Below are positions 8,643-18,047 of a DNA stretch of 64,000 nucleotides, piece after piece. The stretch covers positions 21 to 64,020 of the forward strand of contig CAYTED010000001.1 in the NCBI GenBank assembly GCA_964436855.1, written 5' to 3'. The position numbers and the translations under genes were made by a program. This stretch comes from an uncultured Bdellovibrionales bacterium. Its GTDB lineage: Bacteria > Patescibacteriota > Minisyncoccia > Moranbacterales > UBA1568. The notes under the pieces are model-generated. The model saw nothing but the letters and a program-made list of their open reading frames with translations. It was not told the DNA's origin and did no database searches. Each line of letters begins with the position of its first letter. Positions within the stretch are counted from its first letter, which is position 1.

Positions 8643-8776
8643 TTTTATGAAGATTAATTTTCTGGCGCGACTTTACAACCGAAAGCATGGCCTTTTTTCT
8701 GAAAAAGTTTCGGTTGTAACGTCAGCTCGACCACGCTGGAGGTCGAGCGGCGACAGAAAATTCGATCTTCGTAAAA
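8643..8776 (+). ncRNA. Structured motif copy A (unknown RNA or ssDNA element)
   Basis: Same architecture and junction sequences as 20289..20425 with compensatory stem changes; fills the thpR-tagA intergenic region. Confidence 0.65.
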
Positions 8777-8780
8777 ACAT

Positions 8781-9329
8781 TTACTTCAACTCAAAATCCC
8801 CAAGCGACACATACTTTCGCTTTCCGCCCTCCGCGACACTTTCAAACAAGGTAATGTTCCCGACCGACTCCACAAGACGAACCGACTCCAAAAGATCCGG
8901 CCGTTCGGGAAGTTTCGTCCATCGTCCCCGCAACACCCGCCCAAGCGTGACATGCGGACGGAATTCCTTATATTCCGGATCAAAAGAAGCGATCGATCGT
9001 TCGAGTGCGTTCCGTAATTTCGCAAGTTCTCCGCTCGGCTCGCCCGAAAGCCACACCATCCGCGCGCCCTCCCCCGCCTCCGGCACCATTTCGATCCGAT
9101 CAAACGAAAGTTCGAACGATTCGATATCCGCCACCGCTTCACGCAATTCTTCGCACAAATGATCCAAATCCTCATCCTTCACAAGACCAAGGAACGCAAG
9201 CGTTACATGCATCATATCCGCCGACGTAAAACGAATCGGGAGATGTTTCCATTTCTCCGTTTTCGCAAGCGCTCGCTTCGCAAATGACGCCGAGAGTGGT
9301 ATTCCTACAAAAAGTCTCCGTGCATTCAT
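8781..9329 (-). CDS. thpR: RNA 2',3'-cyclic phosphodiesterase (2H family)
   Basis: RLFVGI start; two HxT motifs (HVTLAFLG, PHVTLGR). Confidence 0.88.
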   Translation of the reverse strand: MNARRLFVGIPLSASFAKRALAKTEKWKHLPIRFTSADMMHVTLAFLGLVKDEDLDHLCEELREAVADIESFELSFDRIEMVPEAGEGARMVWLSGEPSGELAKLRNALERSIASFDPEYKEFRPHVTLGRVLRGRWTKLPERPDLLESVRLVESVGNITLFESVAEGGKRKYVSLGDFELK

Positions 9330-9376
9330 ATACCGAAGAATAGCTTGTTCAAAGGAAAAAATCAATTTCAAGAAGA

Positions 9377-10597
9377 CTATTCGTACCGAAGCGCCTCGAT
9401 CGGGTTAAGCTTTGCCGCGCGTCGCGCTGGATACCATCCGAAAACAATGCCAATCGCCACAGATACTCCGAACGCAAGTGCGATCGACGAGAGCGACAAG
9501 GACGTCTCAATCCCCGCAAGCGACTCAAAAATGGTCGCTATGATCCATCCGACGACAATTCCGAAAAACCCTCCAACAACCGTGAGCGTGAACGCCTCGA
9601 TAAGAAATTGCGTACTGATATCGCCTCGTTTTGCCCCGATTGCTTTCCGAAGACCGATTTCGCGCGTTCGTTCCGTCACGGTCGTCAGCATCATATTCAT
9701 AATACCGATGCCTCCCACCACAAGAGAGATGCTCGCGACCGCCCCCAGGAGCAGCGTAAACGTACTCGTGATTGATGATGCGGTTTCCACAATATCGCCC
9801 TGATTGAGAATACGGAAGTCCGCTTCATCAGGATTGCCGATGCGATGCGCGGCAAGAAGAACGGATCGAATATTTTCTTCAGCCGCATCCATAACGTCCG
9901 CGGATTGCACTTTAACATTGATGAGAGAAAGCGTGTCGGACCCGGTAAGGTACTGACGTGCTGTCGAAAGCGGAACATAGATGACATCATCTTCATTTCC
10001 AAATCCCGATCCGCCTTTCGAAACCGTGACGCCAATCACGGTAAAGTCCGTCCCTCCAATACGGATTTTTCGACCAAGCGATTCACCATCTACTCCAAAA
10101 AGTTCATCACGAACATCCGGCCCGAGCACGGCAACTTTTGCAACACGTTTCTCATGGTCGTTCGTGAGAAAAACTCCTTCGGACAGGGAAGTATTTCGTA
10201 CCGTTGCATATTCGGAAACCGTTCCGGTAATCGATGTTCGTGTGTTTTTCCCGCTCGCGACAACCTGAAAATTCCGTGAAACAACCGGTACTGCAGCCGC
10301 TATTGTCGGAATCGTACGAATTGCTTCCAAGTCGGCAAATGAAAGTGTCTGTGCGGTTCCTTGTCCCTGACTCACACTCTGGCCGGGACCGCCTTGCGCT
10401 CCCGGACGAATAATAAGAAGATTCGATCCGATCGCCTGAATATTTCGTTCGATCGATACCTGCGCCCCGCTTCCGATCGCCACCATAGCGATCACCGATC
10501 CGATGCCGATGACGATACCAAGCACCGTCAAACCGGAGCGAATCTTGTTCGCCGTAAGCGAAGCGGTCGTTTCAAAGAGAATATCACTCACGAACAT
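9377..10597 (-). CDS. MacB/FtsX-like ABC transporter permease
   Basis: RSGLTVLGIVIGI, GGIGIMNMML..VTERTREIGLRKAIGA, PIEALRYE. Confidence 0.93.
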   Translation of the reverse strand: MFVSDILFETTASLTANKIRSGLTVLGIVIGIGSVIAMVAIGSGAQVSIERNIQAIGSNLLIIRPGAQGGPGQSVSQGQGTAQTLSFADLEAIRTIPTIAAAVPVVSRNFQVVASGKNTRTSITGTVSEYATVRNTSLSEGVFLTNDHEKRVAKVAVLGPDVRDELFGVDGESLGRKIRIGGTDFTVIGVTVSKGGSGFGNEDDVIYVPLSTARQYLTGSDTLSLINVKVQSADVMDAAEENIRSVLLAAHRIGNPDEADFRILNQGDIVETASSITSTFTLLLGAVASISLVVGGIGIMNMMLTTVTERTREIGLRKAIGAKRGDISTQFLIEAFTLTVVGGFFGIVVGWIIATIFESLAGIETSLSLSSIALAFGVSVAIGIVFGWYPARRAAKLNPIEALRYE

Positions 10598-11288
10598 AGG
10601 TATTTTTCGTTTTCCGATCCTCAACGATCATCCCATCACGAATAAAAAGAATACGGTCCGCACGTTCGGCAATATCGAGTTCATGCGTAATGAGAATAAC
10701 CGTGTGCCCACGCTCCTTATTGATCCGCCGGAACGTATCAAGCACAGCATGTCCGGTTTTCGTATCAAGATTCCCCGTCGGCTCATCGGCGAGAATAAGC
10801 GACGGATCGTTCACAAGTGCCCGGGCAATGGCGACACGCTGGATTTGTCCTCCCGAAAGCTCATTCGACTTATGATACCATCGCGCCTCTTCAAGGTTGA
10901 CGGATTGCAACGCACTTCGAACTTTGTCATCCCGTTCGGATTTCGGCGTCTCGGTATACACAAGTGGAAGCATCACGTTCCGAAAGACATCCGTCCGCGG
11001 CAACAAGTTAAATGACTGAAACACAAAGCCAATTTTTCGGTTTCGGATTTCCGATAACTCGTCTTCCGAACATTTCGACACATCGCTTCCGTCAAGGATA
11101 TATCGACCATCCGTCGGCACGTCAAGTGCGCCGAGAATATGCATCAGCGTCGACTTCCCGCTTCCGGAAGGACCCATGATCGCGACAAATTCGCCATCCT
11201 GAATGATAAACGAGATATTTTGTAGCGCGAGCGTTTCATTCTTTCCGCCATGCTGATAGATTTTTCGGATATTACGACATTCGATCAT
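10584..11288 (-). CDS. ABC transporter ATP-binding protein (MacB/LolD-like)
   Basis: GPSGSGKST, LSGGQ, ADEPTGNLD, ITHE. Confidence 0.95.
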   Translation of the reverse strand: MIECRNIRKIYQHGGKNETLALQNISFIIQDGEFVAIMGPSGSGKSTLMHILGALDVPTDGRYILDGSDVSKCSEDELSEIRNRKIGFVFQSFNLLPRTDVFRNVMLPLVYTETPKSERDDKVRSALQSVNLEEARWYHKSNELSGGQIQRVAIARALVNDPSLILADEPTGNLDTKTGHAVLDTFRRINKERGHTVILITHELDIAERADRILFIRDGMIVEDRKTKNTYVRE

Positions 11289-11311
11289 ACTGAAAGCCTC
11301 CGGAGAAAAAA

Positions 11312-12541
11312 TTAACGCCGCTGTCCGCCACTAAAACCCCGGAAATTAAAGAGGTTCGAGGATGACTGTGTCGGCGTTTGAGGCCGGACGATCCGCGTCA
11401 CAATCGTCTCACCCTCAGTAAGACCGCTTACAATCTCCGTATTCATCTCATTGGAAATTCCTGTTTCAACCGTTCGTCGCTCATACCCGGCAAGAAACGC
11501 GGAATCCTCTCCGTTTTGCCCATTGTTGTTAGTAGCTCGCTGCCCCTGGCGCCGACTACCATCCCCTGTAACATCTTCTGTCATTCCCACTCCGCCCCGA
11601 CTGCCATTCTCATTCGTAGGAACAAGCACATACGAATCGCCGTTATTCGATTGTAAAGCCGATAACGGCACCCGTACGACCGAGGATTTTTTTGCCGTCA
11701 CAATAGTAACGTTCACACTCATTCCCGGCTTCAGTACCATATCCGATGATTTCTCGAATTCAATCTCAGCATTATATGTCACAACCCCCTGCGTCACTAT
11801 TCCGATCGTATCGATCTTACTCACGGAACCGGAAAGTGCTTTTCCGCCGAATGCCTCGACGGAAATCACCGCTCCATTTCCAATCGCCACCGATGCAGCA
11901 TCCACTTCGTTCAATGGAATCTTCACATACTGTTCCGGTGTAATGACCGACGCGATCACATCATCCCGTGATACCGAATCCCCGACCTCAACGGAAAGCC
12001 CGGTTACAATGCCATCAAACGGCGCGCGGATCGTATAATCCCGAAGCGTCTCCTGCGCATCAGCGAGCGCGTTCCTTGCCTGATTGACCGCCACTTCCTG
12101 CAACTGTCGGGTCAGACGGTCGTCGATATCCCGACTCTCGGCGGCGCGCTTGGTTTGTCGCATTTTTACTTCCGCACTCTGGAGCGAAAGGAGCGCGTTT
12201 CGAACCGCCTTCTCCGCATCATCGGAATCGAGCGAAACAATAGGATCGCCTTTCCTGACCACTTGATCGTTTTTCACATATACCCAAACCACATCAATCG
12301 CGTCTCCCGCCGCCACCGACTGAAGGCTCACCTGCGAACGCGCATAGATTTGTCCTGAACCCGAAACAGAAGCGACAATATCTCCGCGTTGCACCTTGCC
12401 GGTTTCATACGTCGTTTTCTGTATTACTTCACTTCCGCTCTCCCGAGTAAAATACCAGTAGCCAAAACCGGAGAGGAGAACAAGCGAAAACAAGACTTTC
12501 TTTCGTTTCCATATCGACCCAAAAATTTCCTGAATATTCAT
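11312..12541 (-). CDS. Efflux periplasmic adaptor subunit (MacA/HlyD-like)
   Basis: N-terminal TM, IRAPFDGIV, LKPGMS, EIVSGLTEGE. Confidence 0.88.
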   Translation of the reverse strand: MNIQEIFGSIWKRKKVLFSLVLLSGFGYWYFTRESGSEVIQKTTYETGKVQRGDIVASVSGSGQIYARSQVSLQSVAAGDAIDVVWVYVKNDQVVRKGDPIVSLDSDDAEKAVRNALLSLQSAEVKMRQTKRAAESRDIDDRLTRQLQEVAVNQARNALADAQETLRDYTIRAPFDGIVTGLSVEVGDSVSRDDVIASVITPEQYVKIPLNEVDAASVAIGNGAVISVEAFGGKALSGSVSKIDTIGIVTQGVVTYNAEIEFEKSSDMVLKPGMSVNVTIVTAKKSSVVRVPLSALQSNNGDSYVLVPTNENGSRGGVGMTEDVTGDGSRRQGQRATNNNGQNGEDSAFLAGYERRTVETGISNEMNTEIVSGLTEGETIVTRIVRPQTPTQSSSNLFNFRGFSGGQRR

Positions 12542-12690
12542 AAAGATCTCATTTTATGAATTACGTTTCATGGTTACAAAACCAACTTAATTTTCATCCG
12601 ATATTTTTTTATATTGTAGCATTTTTCCCATTTCTCATCCAATGAAAAAACCTTGAAAAAAAGCCAAAAAAAAGTATACTTGAGGCACCT

Positions 12691-14649
12691 ATGCCGAAGA
12701 AAAGAAAAAAATTATATCTCGTCTCCGTCGCGCCGGTCGTCTCACTCCCGCTCTCTCGGGATCCATTTTTCACATACTCATCGGACATCGATATTCCAAA
12801 AGGATCGCTCGTCCGTATTCCACTCGCTTCCCGCACTGTCGATGGCATCGTACTCGAATCAAAGCCACTCGTTCACAAGCCCGCTTTTCGCGTCCGACCG
12901 ATTACCGCAATTATCGAACCGTCATTTGTCGGCGACAAAACGATTGATCTTGTCCGATATATTTCCGAAATCTATTTTTCTCCGTTCGGTATTTCCATAA
13001 AGCATGCTCTGCCAAAACGCGTGAAAGAACGAAAAAAACAGATCGAAGAAAAACCCCTCACACCTCTTCCCGCACGTACTCCTTCGGAAAAAAAGCTGCT
13101 GACCACCATCAAGAAACATCCCTCCGCCTACCTAAACCCCGCAACACCGACCGAAAAAAACACCATCTTCCTCACGCTCGCACAACACACCCTCGAAAAA
13201 AAAGAACAGATCCTCTTCCTCGTTCCGGACATTATTCTCGTTTCGGAACTCGCGCTTTTTTTTGAGCGATTTTTTCCGATCCAAAGCATCGCAACTATCG
13301 AAAGCAAGCTCGGGAATGGCGCTTATTACTCGAACTGGGAACGCATCCGCTCCGGTGAAGCGAGTATCGTCATCGGCACCAGACAAGCGCTCTTCGCGCC
13401 GTTCCGGAAACTTCGAAGTATTATCTTTGATTTCGACAGTGCCGAAGGGTACAAGCAGTGGGATATGACCCCGCGATACGACGGGAAAACGGGAGCGCAA
13501 AAACTGGCGGAACTCTGGAAGGCGCATCTGCTTCTTGTTTCGCCGATACAAACGATCGAAACCCTCTTAGAAGAAGAACGCGGCAGTATACAAAAAGTTG
13601 ACGGAGGCGCATCAAAAAGAAAAACAAATCTCATTCTCTCCGATCTCAAGCTCGAACGATACAAAAAAAACTTTTCACCCTTTTCCACTCTCGTGGTCGA
13701 ATGGCTCGGCGAGACACTGCGCCGCGGCAAGCAAGCGCTCCTCATCATCAACCGACAAGGAACAAGCATTTTTTCGATCTGTGAACGCTGTCGCGAAACT
13801 TTCCGATGTCCGAAATGCGATCGGGCGCTCGTCGGATCGAAGGATGAAACCTATCGATGTCTGCATTGCTCCTACCGAACCGACGACTTCCCAAAGTGCG
13901 GGAAATGCGGCGGACTCGCCTTTCGAAATGTCGGTTTTGGAACGGAAAAAATAGAACGTGAAGTGAAAAAACTCTTTCCTCGCGCGCACACCGCTCGCAT
14001 CGACGGACCGTCTCTTCGCGCGGAAAAAAACTTCCGTTCTTTCACAAAAAAAATTACTTCCGGTGCGATTGACATCCTTATCGGTACCGAGGCGGCCCTG
14101 TATGGTCCGCGATTGCCGAAGCCTGCTCTCATTGCTATACTTGACGCAGACAATACCCTCAAATTCCCCGATTATCGAGCCGAAGAGCGTCTTCTTCGAA
14201 GCGTCTGCACCGCAAAATGGCTCGCATCGGAAGAAAGCGGGACGGTTATTTTGCAAACATTTCATTCCGAAGAACGCCATTTCCGTATCCTCTCCGAAGG
14301 AAAAGAGGAGGAGTGGGAACAAGCCATCCTAAAGGAACGAGAGGCGTTCCACTATCCTCCCGATGGTGTTTTGGTCAAACTCGAGTATCGGGAAACAAAT
14401 CTCGAACTTCTTGAAAAGGAAACGGGAAAAGCAATGAACATACTCCGTCCATCCGAAGAAAAAGAAGTGATACGATATATCGTAAGCGACCCGATCACTC
14501 CCTTTGTCTCAAAAGTCCGCGGAAAAAACATTCAAACCATTATTCTCCGTATTCCCGGAAACACACTTCCGGAATCACTCATTGAAAAAATTATTCTCCT
14601 CTCGAAACGCGGTTGGATCGTCGACCGAAATCCTCTCTCACTGACATAA
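12691..14649 (+). CDS. priA: Primosomal protein N' with degenerate helicase motifs
   Basis: 3'-DNA binding N-terminus, IVIGTRQALFAP, YKQ..PRYD, four CxxC pairs, GFGTEKIE, FPDYRAEER; priA-def-fmt order. Confidence 0.9.
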   Translation: MPKKRKKLYLVSVAPVVSLPLSRDPFFTYSSDIDIPKGSLVRIPLASRTVDGIVLESKPLVHKPAFRVRPITAIIEPSFVGDKTIDLVRYISEIYFSPFGISIKHALPKRVKERKKQIEEKPLTPLPARTPSEKKLLTTIKKHPSAYLNPATPTEKNTIFLTLAQHTLEKKEQILFLVPDIILVSELALFFERFFPIQSIATIESKLGNGAYYSNWERIRSGEASIVIGTRQALFAPFRKLRSIIFDFDSAEGYKQWDMTPRYDGKTGAQKLAELWKAHLLLVSPIQTIETLLEEERGSIQKVDGGASKRKTNLILSDLKLERYKKNFSPFSTLVVEWLGETLRRGKQALLIINRQGTSIFSICERCRETFRCPKCDRALVGSKDETYRCLHCSYRTDDFPKCGKCGGLAFRNVGFGTEKIEREVKKLFPRAHTARIDGPSLRAEKNFRSFTKKITSGAIDILIGTEAALYGPRLPKPALIAILDADNTLKFPDYRAEERLLRSVCTAKWLASEESGTVILQTFHSEERHFRILSEGKEEEWEQAILKEREAFHYPPDGVLVKLEYRETNLELLEKETGKAMNILRPSEEKEVIRYIVSDPITPFVSKVRGKNIQTIILRIPGNTLPESLIEKIILLSKRGWIVDRNPLSLT

Positions 14650-14654
14650 ATGCT

Positions 14655-15125
14655 ATGCACACCATTCTCACCGGACCGGAAAATGAAATCCTGAAGACAC
14701 CTTCTCAAAACGTCTCCGATCCCCTCTCCCCCGACATCCAAAAACTCATCCCCACAATGTTCGAGACAATGCACCGTGCGGACGGCATCGGTCTTGCCGC
14801 GCCGCAAATCGGTATTTCTCTCCGTCTCGCCGTTATCGAAATCGAGAACGAAAAACTCGTTCTGATCAATCCGAATATCGTCGCGAAATCCGCGGAAACA
14901 ATCGTTTTCGAAGAGGGATGTCTCTCGCTTCCGGGAGAATTTCTTCCCATTCTCCGATACGAAAAAGTAACGGTCGAATACACCGACGAAAAGGGAGTGG
15001 CGCAAAAACTCAAAGCATCCGGACTTCTTGCGATTGCCATTCAGCACGAACTCGACCATCTCGATGGCACTCTTATCGTCGATCGCTATCGCAACCAATC
15101 CGTAAAAGAACCGTATGCCCTTTAG
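14655..15125 (+). CDS. def: Peptide deformylase
   Basis: GIGLAAPQIG, EGCLS, QHELDHLDG. Confidence 0.97.
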   Translation: MHTILTGPENEILKTPSQNVSDPLSPDIQKLIPTMFETMHRADGIGLAAPQIGISLRLAVIEIENEKLVLINPNIVAKSAETIVFEEGCLSLPGEFLPILRYEKVTVEYTDEKGVAQKLKASGLLAIAIQHELDHLDGTLIVDRYRNQSVKEPYAL

Positions 15126-16107
15126 CTTTACGCGAGAAAACATTTTCGACGCGCCGAAAATCCGGACGGTATTTATGGGAACACCGGAATTTTCAGAAGT
15201 GTTTCTGCAGGCGGTCATTCAGGCAAAATACAATCTCGTTGCCGTATACACACGACCAGACAAACCACAAGGTCGAGAACAAGAACTCATCGCTTCTCCG
15301 GTAAAAATTCTTGCGCTCGGCAATCACATCCCTGTAGAGCAACCGATCAAGTTCGACGAAGCGGCGATTGAAAAACTGAAATCCTACAAACCCGATCTCA
15401 TCGTCGTCGCCGCATATGGACGCATCCTTCCGCAAGCTGTACTCGACCTCCCGGGATTCGGTTGCATCAATGTCCACCCATCACTCCTCCCGAAGTATCG
15501 CGGACCAGCCCCCATCCAAAACACCCTTTTAAACGGGGAAACAACAACCGGTATCACCATTATGCTTATGGATGCCGGCATGGATACCGGGCATATCCTT
15601 TCGCAGAAAACGATTGGGATAGATCCGAAAGAAGCCGCTCCAAAACTCGAACAGAAACTTGCTCTCGAGGGTATCGAACTTCTCCTTGAAACGCTTCCGC
15701 GCTGGATCAAACGCGAACTCGAACCGACACCGCAGAAAAATGAAGACGCTACGCTCTGCGAACTTATCGAACGTGAAGACGGTCGTATTTTTTGGAACGA
15801 AAATGCGGAAACAATTTATAATAAATATCGGGCATTCGATCCTTGGCCGGGAATTTTTTCCTACTGGAAAAAATCCGGCAACTCACAGCCGCTTCGGATT
15901 AAATTTCCAAAAATAAATGTCATTAAATCCGACCCATCAATAAAACATTCCCTCGGCGAAGTTTTTGAGATCGGGGAGAAAATTGGAATCCAGACAAGCG
16001 CTGGTATTATTTGCCCGGACATGCTCCAACTTGAAGGAAAAGAACCGATCTCGCCACCGGAATTTCTCCGCGGCTACCCCAATTTTATCGGCTCTATCCT
16101 CGAATAA
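15115..16107 (+). CDS. fmt: Methionyl-tRNA formyltransferase
   Basis: FMGTPEF, NVHPSLLPKYRG, MDAGMDTG. Confidence 0.97.
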   Translation: MPFSFTRENIFDAPKIRTVFMGTPEFSEVFLQAVIQAKYNLVAVYTRPDKPQGREQELIASPVKILALGNHIPVEQPIKFDEAAIEKLKSYKPDLIVVAAYGRILPQAVLDLPGFGCINVHPSLLPKYRGPAPIQNTLLNGETTTGITIMLMDAGMDTGHILSQKTIGIDPKEAAPKLEQKLALEGIELLLETLPRWIKRELEPTPQKNEDATLCELIEREDGRIFWNENAETIYNKYRAFDPWPGIFSYWKKSGNSQPLRIKFPKINVIKSDPSIKHSLGEVFEIGEKIGIQTSAGIICPDMLQLEGKEPISPPEFLRGYPNFIGSILE

Positions 16108-16130
16108 GCTTCACCCCATCCATTAAAAAT

Positions 16131-16943
16131 ATGCAAAACAAAAAAGATTTCATCATACTCCTCTCGATCGGCGGACTTCTCCTTTGTATCGTTATCGGAT
16201 TTTCCATAAAATACCTCTTCCTTAACACGAAAAAAAGCGCTTCTGTCGTCTCGATTGAAAATCGAAAAGAAAAAGGGTATCCGCTTTTCTCTCCCGATGC
16301 GCTTCGCCTCAAAATAAGTCGATCCGAACCGATCGAAATTATCGATCTCCGTCCGAAGAGCCTCTTCGATGAAGAGCATCTGCTTGATGCAAAACAATTC
16401 GATATCGACACGCTTCCGGGCTACGAACCGCAGGAACACGATGCGCAGGTTATCGTTGTTTCCCTTGCCGACGACGAAGAGCTCCGTATCGCCGCACACA
16501 AGATCCTAGAGAAAAAATCGTTCCCATACGCGTTTCTTGAAGGCGGAATTCCGGCATGGAAAGCGATCGGCGGCAGTACCGTTTCCTTCGGCGATATCGA
16601 TTCTTTTATCGATCGATCCAAAGTGCTCCCCATTACATCCGATGAACTCAAAAAACTCCTCGAAGATATTGATTTTCAAAACCGCTACGTCATTGTTGAT
16701 GTTCGACAAAAAAACGATTACCGCACCGGGCATATCGTAAGGGCCATCAATATTCCCCTCGCGGAGCTCGAAGCAAGGCGGCATGAAATCCCCGCCGGAA
16801 GGCAGGTAATTACCTACGGAGCAACCGACCTTGAAGGGTTCCGCGCGGCCGTTCGACTGTTTGACTTCAACTTTTTCTCCTCGCAAGCGCTCTCCGGCGG
16901 AATAAACGAATGGAAAACGAAAAAATTTCCTATCGAATCATAA
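16131..16943 (+). CDS. Membrane-anchored tandem rhodanese-like domain protein
   Basis: N-terminal TM; IIDLR..LEGGIPAW and IVDVR..GHIVRAINIP..LSGGINEW; no active-site Cys. Confidence 0.85.
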   Translation: MQNKKDFIILLSIGGLLLCIVIGFSIKYLFLNTKKSASVVSIENRKEKGYPLFSPDALRLKISRSEPIEIIDLRPKSLFDEEHLLDAKQFDIDTLPGYEPQEHDAQVIVVSLADDEELRIAAHKILEKKSFPYAFLEGGIPAWKAIGGSTVSFGDIDSFIDRSKVLPITSDELKKLLEDIDFQNRYVIVDVRQKNDYRTGHIVRAINIPLAELEARRHEIPAGRQVITYGATDLEGFRAAVRLFDFNFFSSQALSGGINEWKTKKFPIES

Positions 16944-16962
16944 ACCTCGATAGGGAGATATT

Positions 16963-17409
16963 TTACCCGCGAAATTCTTTATCGCCGTCAAATCTCGCCT
17001 GCCAGGCAAGAAAATTCGTGAAAAGATAAATCAAAAGAGAAACCAGAAGCGCCGCTTTCGCGTGTTCGACGCCGAATGACGGGTGATGCACGATGCTCAT
17101 CGTTCCAAGAAATGCCAAGAGCGGAAGTATGATGTCGAGACGAGCGTTTTCCTTTGTTTCCCGAATTCCAACAAAACGCTCAAAACGCTCCCAGAGAATC
17201 GCCAAAACAAACGTAATCGAAAACCACAGGACAAAAGGGTGCTCATAAGCTTCGGCGAAAAGCGCCGTTACACTCCCGAAAAGAAAGTGCGGTATCGACC
17301 AAAAATCAAGATACTTCCCGAATTTTTTTGAAACAAGAAAGTGCGTTTTTGTTTTTTTGTTTTGCATACGTAGAGAGAAAGAAAAGAGCCTCGGAAAGAC
17401 TCTTTTCAT
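16963..17409 (-). CDS. Hypothetical membrane protein
   Basis: WSIPHFLFG..ILWERFE..D pattern with about 4 TM; start uncertain. Confidence 0.65.
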   Translation of the reverse strand: MKRVFPRLFSFSLRMQNKKTKTHFLVSKKFGKYLDFWSIPHFLFGSVTALFAEAYEHPFVLWFSITFVLAILWERFERFVGIRETKENARLDIILPLLAFLGTMSIVHHPSFGVEHAKAALLVSLLIYLFTNFLAWQARFDGDKEFRG

Positions 17410-17419
17410 TATCTCCTGC

Positions 17420-17695
17420 TTACTGAATGACTGCAAGTAATTCCTTGTGACTCAAAATGACGTATTCCTCACCGTCAATCTTCACCTCCGATCCGCCATA
17501 GGGCGAATAGATCACGCGTTCACCGGACTTCACCTTGATATGCTCACTCTCCCCAATAGCGATCACCTTTCCTTGCTGTTGACGTTTTTCTCCGACACTC
17601 TCGGGAAGATAAATACCGGAATCGGTTTTTTTCTCCGGCTTATCCGGAAGCACCAAAACATTTTCCCCAAGCGGTCGAACCTTCGTTTTTTTCAT
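17420..17695 (-). CDS. groES: Co-chaperonin GroES
   Basis: RPLGENVLV, TDSGIYLP, GKVIAIG, YGGSEVKIDGEEY. Confidence 0.96.
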   Translation of the reverse strand: MKKTKVRPLGENVLVLPDKPEKKTDSGIYLPESVGEKRQQQGKVIAIGESEHIKVKSGERVIYSPYGGSEVKIDGEEYVILSHKELLAVIQ

Positions 17696-17729
17696 ACGGA
17701 AAAATACTACGAATTACACTGCGTCTCTC

Positions 17730-17758
17730 ATTATAGAAACCGTTAGCACTCGTGTCAA
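17730..17758 (-). promoter_or_regulatory. sigma70 promoter of groES
   Basis: TTGACA (17758-17753)-17 bp-TATAAT (17735-17730). Confidence 0.85.
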
Positions 17759-17769
17759 GAGAATGCTAA
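17743..17769. promoter_or_regulatory. CIRCE element (HrcA operator)
   Basis: TTAGCACTC-N9-GAATGCTAA, one mismatch to consensus, upstream of groES. Confidence 0.9.
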
Positions 17770-18020
17770 CGATGAATGTTCGGCGGATTGGCAAGCAAAT
17801 GCTCTATTTCAGAAAGCGCCTCCTCCTCATGATTTTGGAATCGAAACCGCTCAAGAAGGTCGGGTCGTTCGGAAAAAATTCTCTCTACTTCCTCCCCGAA
17901 AAGAACCCGGTACCGTTCCCGATCACTTCGCTCCATCGATTCCGACGGCGAACGATAATATCGCTTCGAAAGACAATCGAGTATGCGTTCCTTTATATGA
18001 TGAGTCAATTCTCCCTCCAT
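17766..18020 (-). CDS. Hypothetical protein
   Basis: 84-aa ORF filling the gap after the S41 protease gene, same strand. Confidence 0.5.
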   Translation of the reverse strand: MEGELTHHIKERILDCLSKRYYRSPSESMERSDRERYRVLFGEEVERIFSERPDLLERFRFQNHEEEALSEIEHLLANPPNIHR

Positions 18021-18047
18021 AAATATGTGAGTGGGTAGAGTAGTATA

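Noticed and set aside
8643-8776. Hammerhead ribozyme on the minus strand (CUGANG...GAAAC occurs in both motif copies)
   Set aside because: CUGANGA lacks its final A, no stem II can form between the motifs, and covariation places these bases in a long helix.
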